From: Lytechinus pictus
Lineage: Eukaryota
Length of the DNA: 64,000 nucleotides
NCBI RefSeq assembly: GCF_037042905.1
Contig: NC_087246.1
Coordinates: forward strand, 51,026,001 to 51,090,000
Reading direction: 5' to 3'
The notes under the pieces are model-generated. The model was not told the DNA's origin, did not search any database, and worked only from the letters and a program-made list of their open reading frames with translations. The position numbers and the translations under genes are program-made. This document shows positions 52,601-63,853 of this stretch, piece after piece (the stretch's first letter is position 1; every line of letters begins with the position of its first letter).

Positions 52601-55600
52601 AATAGGGTTTTTTTCTTAGGTTTAGCCTATAGGGTAGGGTATAGTGTTAAACCCAGGGTTGAAGTTGTTCATTATATGAGAGTGTGGAATTTAGAGTGGA
52701 GCAATTGTCGCCAGAGCAAATGTCATGGAACCGGACTTTTCTTATACCAAGGGTTTCTAATCCGAGACATAACGAAGGAAAATGAGCAGAACCGGTACAT
52801 CGCGAGGTGGTTTTATGAACCGGTTTGGAAAATCACTTCCAAGATCGCTTGGACCGTTCTCATTACACGTTATACTAGCTTCCAAACTAGTTTTAGGAAG
52901 GTAGTGAGAACGGTGTCCTATCCATTCATTGATTGAACTGTCCATGCTATACCTCATTACTGGGAACCCAGGAATGAATTTGGATTGAGGTGTGAAACTA
53001 TGCCCCAATATATAATCAATCTAAGTTCTAACGATCAATTTCAACTTGATCAGTAATAAAATACTACTGTGAAACCTGTATATAAAGAGACCACTTAAGC
53101 AATCTTAATGATAAGGTGGTCTCTGTGGACAGGATCCTTTAATATGAAGGTGGACCCCATGTCTGCCCACCAAACTTAAGATTAAACATAAATTTCTTTT
53201 TTATTTCACAAAAAATTTTAGTTGATAATGTTCTTTATATTTTTGTAAGTAAATGTGCCAAAAATGTCATAAAAAATTGAAAGAAATATATGATTTTCTT
53301 GGAAAAAATCCCGGCCAGTCATTTTCAGATTGAACAAAAAAAATGGCGCTCCATGTCTGCGCACCCATTCACTTTACACATGATTCAAGGATTTTGATGA
53401 GAAAGGCCGCATTTTGAGGCTGTCACATGAAATGCCCGAAATTCATTTTTCCACCATTTTGAGTCAGATTTTTTAATAGATACCTTTCTAGGTATTGCAT
53501 CTGTAAAGTTTCTGATCGTTGCTTATCTTCTTTTACTAGAATCGCGCAGATACGTGTGTGGGGACCGCACAGACTTGGGGGACCTTACCATACATGTTTT
53601 GATGTGGAATTCTATTCAAGGGAAACCAAATCTGTGCTCTTTTTGGCCAGATGGTCCTTCTATCAAGATGGTTGCTAAGATAGGTTTGTCCGACAGTAAT
53701 TACATTTGCTTTACATGGCACGGCACCTAGCATTACTTCATCAGAAGTCTCAAAGGACATTCATCTTTGTAGATAGATGAGACACATGATTTAGATTAAA
53801 TGTAGGGTTTTTTTTTTCACTTACTGTGAAGATGGCAGCAGGCAGAGGTGTCTTCTTACGTACATGAATCATTGACATGAGCTTTGGCATCAAACCTTCA
53901 CGGCCGGCCACGTACAGGATTCTGCAGTATAAACAGACCAAAGTAGGTTATCTCATTAGAATTTCCGTCACCATCCAAACTTCAGTAAAAATGCTACAAA
54001 AGAATCATCATATCAAACGTTGAGAATAATTATGCACTCTTGTTTTAAATTCATAAAGTGAAATATCAAAGAGTGTAAATAAACATAAGCTCTTGCTGCA
54101 GTTGCTATAATCAAGAAAATAACATATCACAAAGCTCCACATTAGCTTTCGAATCATAAAACCAGTCTAACATTGACATCAGAGGGTTGAAGTACTATTA
54201 ACATGCAGTTTCAATTGCCAATAGTGCACTACCTTGATGTTCTATGATCTACAGTGTTCAATTAAAGGGGTGTAAAAGTAAAAAATAAAAATAAAAAAAT
54301 AAATAAAATTGGGAAATTGAATGGTAAAAAAATGCAAAAGCCTCATATATTGAATGATTAATTATTATTTACTTCACTAAATACTTGTAGTTATAACTTG
54401 TACAGGTATTAGAAGAATTTCTAGAAAAGTAAAATTATCTAGACAACCGTAGATCAACATGACCCTTCAACTTTTCAAAAATGAATTTATCATATTGTAT
54501 CTACCAATCATTTTCTGAAGATTACAAAAAAAGACAAACCGCTGTTTGATATTGATTCTAAGGTATAATATCTCATAGAGGATAGCTTCTTCCCTGCCAT
54601 TAATAGTGTCATAAGTCATCTCAGTTTGCTTCAAAATCAAAACCACCTTGACATCTTGATAATTCTAACCATTTCTTGATAATTCTAACCTTTATTAAAA
54701 AAAAAAACCTTTCATATTCCTGGTTCCTCTTTTTATACCTCCAGGATAAAAATGAATATTCCACAGACAAGAAGTAGATAGATTTTTCACTGCGGTCAAA
54801 ATTTATACTCCCACCGTTGCCAGACCGAAGATAACCTCTGTGACTTTTAACTACATGTACGACCTTAATATCCCCATAACTAATCAGATCGTCATCCCTA
54901 TATGCAACTTGGAGGAAGTTTGAAGTTGATATGTCAAATGTTGTATTAGTTTTCGTAACAAGCAAGCACGATGGACAGATGACCTCATGGGCGGAAATCC
55001 CAGGGGGACATGTCCCCCCTACCAAAAATAGTAGGGGGACACAATATCAAATGTCCCCCTTACTATTTTTGGTCTTTTATGATGGAGAAAAATACATGAC
55101 TTCACAATTGAAATAATACATGTATTTTGGAGTAACTGACTTTACATTTTTGGTGATAACCTTCTTTTTTTGCTTGTCAAATTTTCCAGGCCCTGGTCCC
55201 CCCTACCTTTGGGGACAGATTTCCGCCCATGGATGACCTGAAAAAACAATTCATGTAGGCATGAAAATAAACTTCCACAAAGTTGCTATAACCCTTTAAG
55301 ACCACATAACTGACATCGCAAGTCTGTTCATAATCACTTCACTTACAACTAAAAATTGAATTGCATATGTCTTTTAATACCTGAAAATGAAACTGTTTTG
55401 ATAATATATTTATAGTCACATGACATGGAAATTGTCACAACAGAAAAAGCAATCCTCCTTTATAAAGCGCTTCATTATGAAGATTCTCTTTCATGAAGTA
55501 TGAGCTATCTCCTTGGTTTGACTGCTTTTTCTTCTGGCTTAAAAGTACATTTTAGGGAAATTTCTGATGAATTGACCCTACAGGATTGAAATTTGAAGAC

Positions 55601-58600
55601 TTTTCTGTAAGAAATGGCTGCCGGTATATTATGCATCTTCGCTTGCCTAATTCTTTGGAATGTTTGTCTTGGAGCAGATAATTTTGCAGATGAAAGAAGA
55701 TTTCTCCACCTTCAATGTGCTTCTATTTCTAAGACTACAGCCAAATGCTCTCATCTGAACCTCACTTCTGTACCCCAATCTCTACCAAATACCTTAGAAA
55801 TACTGGACCTGTCATTTAACAATCTCACAGCACTTCACAATGCATCATTTGAAAAGTACGACCTTCTTCGGATTCTGAATATCGCTCACAATTTCATCCA
55901 CGTCATCGAGAGCGGATCTTTTGCAAATCTCCGGGAAATTGAGACAATCATTTTGAATAACAACGTCATTCACGAACTGTCTGCAACTTTTCACATGAAC
56001 GATTCAAAACAAATAACTTTGATTCTGTCTCATAATGAAATGAGGGGAATCGCCCATCTGAATGGACTCTGTTTTACAGAGACAAAGAAAGAGAATACTG
56101 GAGATTCAGGGTCGAGAAATATAACCCTGATTGATTTCTCACACAACAATTTGACATCAGTTGAAGAAAAAGACTTTGCCTCTTTCAGTAACTGCTCTAT
56201 TTATAAATTCAAAATTGGGAATAATAAGCTGACACGTCTTCCAATGAATGTGTTTTCTGGATTATCTAGGGTGAGAAAACTTGATGTGAGCCATATAAAC
56301 CTTCAACAGTTTGAAGTTTCTTCCTTCTTAGGAATTGAAAGTATAATAGAGATTACATTGGAAGGATCACACATAAGGTCTATTGTACCGTTGAATGACT
56401 CCGCTTGCATCTCAAGTGGACAATTCACTAAACTTGAAATATTAAATCTGAGAGACAACAAAATAGAACAAGTTCCTGACTACACATTCTTGGCATTCAA
56501 GTACCTAGAGATCCTTGATCTGGGTACAAACAGAATAAGTTTTATATCAAACAAATCTTTCTGTGAAATGAGAAAGTTAAGGGTATTGAGTTTGCCAAGA
56601 AACAAAATCAAAAGTCTCCAGGATGGTGCTTTTTCTTGTCTTGGAAATTTAGAATACATCACATTGGCACAGAACAACTTGTTTATCTTGGAACCAGCTT
56701 GGTTTGCTCATTGTAAATCACTCAAAATTCTGAATCTTTTTCGGAGCAACATCAATGAAATTAAAGATGGTTCCTGGATCACACCCAATTTACGGATACT
56801 TGACTTATCATACAACAAGCTCAGTTCTATTGGAAGACTCATGTTTACAGGTCTATCTCATTTACGCATTCTGAAATTAACGGGAAATAACCAACTCTAC
56901 ACCATCAAAGGTGATACCTTCAGTAATATGACGGCTCTCAGATCTCTTGAAATGGACAACATAGCCAGGCTAGTTCTGAATGACACTTTTGCTGAGTTAA
57001 GAAGCCTAATCTACTTGGACTTTTCTTTCCTTTACTCCCATGGGGCACAAATTGCCTCTGTACACCAATTTACACACACCTCTGCATTACAAACATTAAA
57101 TATGTCATTCTGTTTTATCCATTCTCATGATTTGGTGAACACTAAAACAAAAGGATCACTTTTTGATGGGCTAACATCCCTTCGCACTCTTCGAATGGTA
57201 GGAAATAATCTTGTTGGTTTGCCCAATGTCTCTTGGATGTTTTCTCCCCTACAGCGAATGGAAATCCTTGATTTAGGCCATTGTCAACTGCATTCACTGA
57301 CATCAGAGTTATTTAAGAACCTGAGTAGCCTACAAGAACTCAGACTCACTAACAACGAGCTGGTGGACATATCTGAACATGCATTCCAGAATTTGCACAA
57401 TTTGCATAATCTTCTTCTCCAATTCAACAAAATAAACTCAATAGGTAAAAACTTGTTTAAAGAAACCGCTAATCTACGACGGCTGCTCCTAAATAGCAAC
57501 CAGATATCTATGGTAGCACCTAATACAATAATACCATCACACTTGAAAGTGTTTAACATTGCAGGAAACCAACTGATCTGCAACTGTCAACTAACTTGGT
57601 TCATGCAGTGGCTCCGTTCTACAAATGTCTCGTTGGGACCACAGAATGAAACATTGTGTTCCATTCATTCATTCAGTGAACTTAAGAACAAGCCAGTTTG
57701 GACATTTCATCCAGAAAAATACTGTGGAATCAACACCCTCCTACTTACTGGTGTTAGTTTTGCAATCATTGCAGTCTCCCTACTCTGTCTTCTGGTCTAT
57801 TACAAGCGCTGGTGGTTCGACCACAAGATATTCCTTCTGAAACTAGCCATCATTGGCTATGATGAAATCACAGAGGATGCTGATCCAGATGACTATGAAT
57901 ACCAGCTTAACATCATGTTCCATGACGATGACACCGAGTGGGTTAATGAAAATATGAGGCCTGCACTGGAAGAAAGGATGCCTCATCTGCAGAACATTGC
58001 CTTCGGAGATGAAGCCCTTCATCCAGGGATGTACTATCTCAATGCCTTAAATCATAACCTTGATAACAGCTTCAAGACAGCCTTGTTGATCAGTAACAAG
58101 TCAGTGGGTGATGCTTGGTTCATGACCAAGCTACGGATGGCCGTTGAGCATGTGAATGACACCAAGTTAGACAAGATCATCTTGATATTCCTAGAGGACA
58201 TCAAGCAAGCCAACTTACCATATCTTGTAAGACTCTTGCTAAGTAGGAACAAACCTTATTTGTTGGTTACAGAAGATGAAGATGGTCAAGAGTTGTTCTG
58301 GGCTCAGTTTGAAAAAGAAATGAGGACCAACAAGGTTCTCAACAGTGTTATTCCAACTTAAACCTGATGCAACACCAAGAGTTAAAATCCTGTATATGGG
58401 GTTTCTCAAAGGCTTATGCTTGGATTTTTTTCATGAGCATGAAAAACTTAACACAACTTCAGTTTTTAATGTTACTGTTTCTGAAAGCACTGGATTAGCA
58501 ATTTTAGAAAATTCAAAATTCAAAATCCTATCATTTCATCTTTTTTTAAAAGTTGATATATTTTTATTGACTCCCAAATGACCTTTGACATTGCCTATTG

Positions 58601-61600
58601 ACAACAATCATTCATTTTCTGATACTCGATAACCATTACATGAATATTTTATGAAATAGGGATTCATACTTTCAATATCATTTTGAAAATTCGAAATATT
58701 AACCATGGTGAAGTTTTTTTATATTGATTGCATATGGTCAAAATTCATTGATGCTCAATGACATTTTACCTTGATCATGTGACCTGCAACTCATACAAGA
58801 TGACCAGTGATACTTGATTTACCCTTATGCCCAATCTTCAATAGGTCCTTAATATACTTCCAAAAATTAAATTCTGGTAAAGACTTTCAATATTGACGAC
58901 GACACAGGTGCCACCGCTTTCCGCAAAGGTGTGCCTATAATCTTGTTTTGATATCCAGAGTCCAGTAACACAAAGGTTAGCGATTAATCGTATGCTTGTG
59001 TTTAATGATTGATTGTACATTGTGTCCAATGCAATCAATTGTAAAGATACTCTTCTACGATGATTGCTAAGCTTTGTGTTACAGGCCCCAGGAGAGACAA
59101 AAATTTGTAGAATAATAGACTTAGAAAATTTACACAAAAGTGCCAAGCTAAGGCACATGAGGCAGCACTTCTCACACTCCATAAAATTACAAGTAGTAAC
59201 AATTTTTGGCTATGTGTTTTATAATACCAAAAAAATATCTTCTTTTCAGATCTTTTAAAAGGAAGAGGTCTGGTCATGAGAATAGCCTACTAGGTCAAGT
59301 GTACATCAACTTATCAACAAATTTTCAATAAAGAGATCAGGTTCTGCAAAGACAAATCCAACATGTGGTCAAGATCATAAAATGAATACTTATGAATCCA
59401 ACAGAATGGCTGCCAAATGCTCAAGTTTTTTAATGTGTCAAATTAATATTTTCTTGGTAAAATAAGCAAGACATTCTGTCAGAAGGCATTTCCCCCCAAG
59501 CTATCACCAATGGAAGTACCAATGTGTGCTTATACGTGCAGGCAATTTTCAGCCTACTTGGTTACAGCTGGTTTTCATTAATTCACAAGGTTTGGCTTGT
59601 TAGAAAGTAAGTTGGAACTTACTAGATAAATGATAAGAAATCACACTAATTGAAAAGACTTTCTCTAGAATTTCTTGCTCACTGTACTTACACTAGCCTT
59701 AAAATGTCATATTTTGATAATCATAGATTGAATGATCACTGATATATGATAATAATCAAATAAGTAAGAATAATATTTAATTTGGTGTGGTGTGTACTAC
59801 TAAATAGTGTATAATTTGATCGAAATGGTGTATGTATTTTGAAAATGTTTCACAGAAAAAAAAATTGTCGCACTGTAGACAGATAGTTACAACACATGAT
59901 CAAATTTATTTTTTGTCACTGTATGATGTATCTGGTGTTTACTAATTATTTTGTAGAATTACGCCAAAATGGTCTCTGTATTTTGTGTTTCAGTTTGGTG
60001 TACTGTATGCAAATAATTAGGTTTTGGTCATTGTATGATGTATGCAACATAACTTTTAACAATACTGATTGATATTGGTGATACTAAGCTCAATCAATTA
60101 ATACATGAAAGTATTGGGGATATTGAGATACCTGTAGAATACAATTGTTTTAACAGTAAATCAATAATAAATTTAGATTACAATGCATTAATGAGCCATA
60201 TTTGTAATTGATCAGTCAATTTGATTTGAATCTTATCTGAATCTGCTTCGGAAACCTCACCTTGAGCTGCCAAAGAGAGCGCCATTGACGGTACCAGTGC
60301 AAGACAGAGCCACAAATATTGACATGATCCAGGCAAACACCGGGAACAATCGCTTAGCAAAATCCTGTGAGGAAGGTAAAAACAAAAAAAATAATAAAAA
60401 AGACTTAACCCTAAATAGACTGGGCTATTTCGACGCCTAAGAAGACTGGGGGGGGGGGGGGGCTGATTCAGCCCCCCTTATGATCTCGGCCGTGGATCGC
60501 GCGATCCCGACGAAAATTCGCACGCGTGTTACCCATGGCATTATCTACAAAACTTTAATATCAAATTCTGCAAAAAATCTAATTTCTCATTAATTATGCT
60601 AATTTATGCGTAAATCATAAGTTTGCTTTAATTAACAAAATAATGCCCCTAAAATGCTAATTTTTGTTTCACATACTCTTTATAGGCATCTGATCAAATT
60701 TATTTTTTTTGAAATGTCAACATCACATTTATTTTCTTATGTATTTTTTTGTTTTCTTAATTTCTTATGTATTTCTTTGTTTTTTGACTTTTTGTTTTTT
60801 ATTGTTTTTTCAATGGAAACTGTCGGGGACTTTATTTTGACCATAAACAAGATAAAATTTATTGATTTTAAGCAGTAAAAGGAAAAATAATGATACATTT
60901 TAAGAATTTTGGCTAAAAACACTTTTTGCATTGGATTTGTACACAAATTCACGTTTTGAGCAATTTTTGGTCTGCATGCACTTATTTGTTGCGTTATTTC
61001 CGAACCGCGTATCCGGGGGTCACAATTTTGGTCTCAAAAGTTGCGTGAGACTTGAAGTCAACAAGCGACCCAGTCAAAAAATTTCGCGCCGCGGATTTAT
61101 CGCGAAAAATGTCGAGGGGGGGCTGGATCAGCCCCCCCTCCCGTCTTCTTAGGGTTAAGAAAGGAGAAGAATGAGAAATAATCATGTGTATTATTTTAAG
61201 AAAATATTTATTTATTTTGTAAACCTCATCAATGATCAAGGATCAATGAAAATGACATAACCAATTCAATTCAAAAATTTTCAAGGCAGTATGACAAGAC
61301 TGAACGAATGGATCATAGTGCGGTTTCAACATTTGATATGCCTATAGCAAATTTGTTGCAGAAATATTGCACCGTGTTATTGGAAACAACTTTCACTGAA
61401 ACGACCAAGAATATCTGCACGTTTTGGAAGTACTATGCCTCTAAGCAGATAATATGAAGATGCCATAAAATTCACGTTGTTTAAAAGAGAAGGCTATAAA
61501 AAGAAATTTGATGCGCTTACAATGGCGCGCACCGCATTTTATAGCTATGCTGGTGATGTCATAAAAGCAGACAATGGCTTTCCTGTCTATGCAATCTGTA

Positions 61601-63820
61601 CAAATCTGAAACATTTTTCTTTTAATTATGTAATAGAAAAAAAAACAAATGATGCACAGGTTTAAGTTATTGACACTAGCTGCCATGTGGGCATCTCAGG
61701 TAGTCTCAATGTTGTACAAGACATTTGATGTAAGCACATCATGCTGATTGCACCATCTAAAATCCTTGAGTGTCTTTTATCCATCAGCAAGACACTCACC
61801 TGTGCAATATTTGCATAGAGAAGATGACAAAATGAATCCTTATCAAATGATAGGTTGCACGTGCACATGACCAAACATTTATTTCACATAAACACATAAA
61901 TTTGTTCATGACTGGTGATTAGGTGTCTTGGGTCAAAATGACCTCATTATTTTGAGATGGAAGACAGGTTTATCAAATAAGAAGGATCTACATAAAACAA
62001 ATAATACACAGTGTTTTGCTTGAGCAATGTACATTACAATAACTACCCACAATAATCAGCATCGAAATGGTCCAGTTCTCAAGGTATGACATGTGCATAA
62101 GTTTTACTAATGCCCTTGTTGGTGTATATCATCTCTGTAATCAATACCACAAAATAATTTAATAGCTGGATACTAACCACTGCTACTGCATTTGAATTGA
62201 TGATTTCAGGAGGGCTCAGGACAGTCAGGTAACTAACATTGGTCAAGAGATAGATGGACGTCACAAGGATCATAGAGATGATAACACCTAGAGGAATATT
62301 CCTGTCACAGAAAAAAACAAGAAATTCACTCATAATAAATTATAGAAATACCAAATATAAAGTTCGATGGAAAACAGTAGAGACCAAAATTTCCCACACA
62401 TTTCAAAAACATGATTTATTATGAAAAAAAAGAGGGGGTCCGCATACATGAACAAAACAAGGGAAGATAATTCCAATGAGATGACTTCTGATAAAATAAA
62501 ACAAATAATCTACATCACGTGTAAAAATATTTTTTAACAGAATCTAAAGATTTCATAGTTGCTTTTGATATGAATAATAAATAATGGCGCAAGTTTATAT
62601 CGCACCATGCCTTTCAGAAATTATACTCCTAGCAGTTTAGAGAGAAAGAGAGAGAGACGGGGGGGGGGGCTTTTAAATTTTATCATCAAAGCAACAGAAT
62701 CAAACACCATAATGCTTACCTTGCAGGTCTCTGCACTTCCTCTGTAATGAACATAAGATATTGCCTGAGGAGTAAAAAAATATTTAAAAAATTTCCAAAA
62801 ACTGATATTTAGTATTGCATTAAAGCTTCATAACATATTGGCCTATTAACCCCCTACTGTCTTGGGCGATTCCATACGTGTCGTACAGGAAATTTTGAAA
62901 TTTTCTAGTTTCCTAGCTGAATGCTTGAGCAATAAAATATTATTTTTTGTCACTGATAAAGCTATAGCGGGTAGTCATGTGAAAAACTCAGAAATGTCCT
63001 GTATGACACGCAACATTTTAACCTCTAATTCACCAATGGACGACATATTCTTGCTGGTTGTCAGTTTTTGCATGCCTACCCAGTAGCACTTTAATATTAC
63101 CACAAAACAAATTGAAGTTCTTCGTTCTTTGGACAGCAGGTTGAAAAATATTGTGAAAATGGCTGATTTTTCTTGCATGGAATCACCCTCTTTATTAAAG
63201 ACCAAATTTGATTTTAGACACAGAAGTGATTACCTAACAGTATGAAGTAACTACCTGATGTTATAATATGTGGAATGTAAAATATCTTTCAAATCAAGTG
63301 ACCAATGTGTTATTTTTTTAATTCGACCTATCATTCTGAACAGTAGTAGTAGTAGTAATAGTTAGAAGTAGTAGTAATAGTAGAAGTAATAGTAGTAGTA
63401 CTAGTAGTAGTACTAGTAGTAGTACTAGTAGTAGTACTAGTAGTAGTACTAGTAGTAGTACTAGTAGTAGTACTAGTAGTAGTACTAGTAGTAGTACTAG
63501 TAGTAGTACTAGTAGTAGTACTAGTAGTAGTACTAGTAGTAGTACTAGTAGTAGTAGTTAGTAGAAGCAGTAGTAGTAGAAGTAGTAGTACTAGCAGTCG
63601 GAGTAGTAGTAGTAGTACTAGCAGTCGGAGTAGTAGTAGTAGTACTAGCAGTCGGAGTAGTAGTAGTAGTACTAGCAGTCGGAGTAGTAGTAGTAGTACT
63701 AGCAGTCGGAGTAGTAGTAGTAGTACTAGCAGTCGGAGTAGTAGTAGTAGTACTAGCAGTCGGAGTAGTAGTAGTAGCAGTAGCAGTAGCAGTAGCAGTA
63801 GCAGTAGCAGTAGCAGTAGC

Positions 63821-63853
<33 letters not shown>

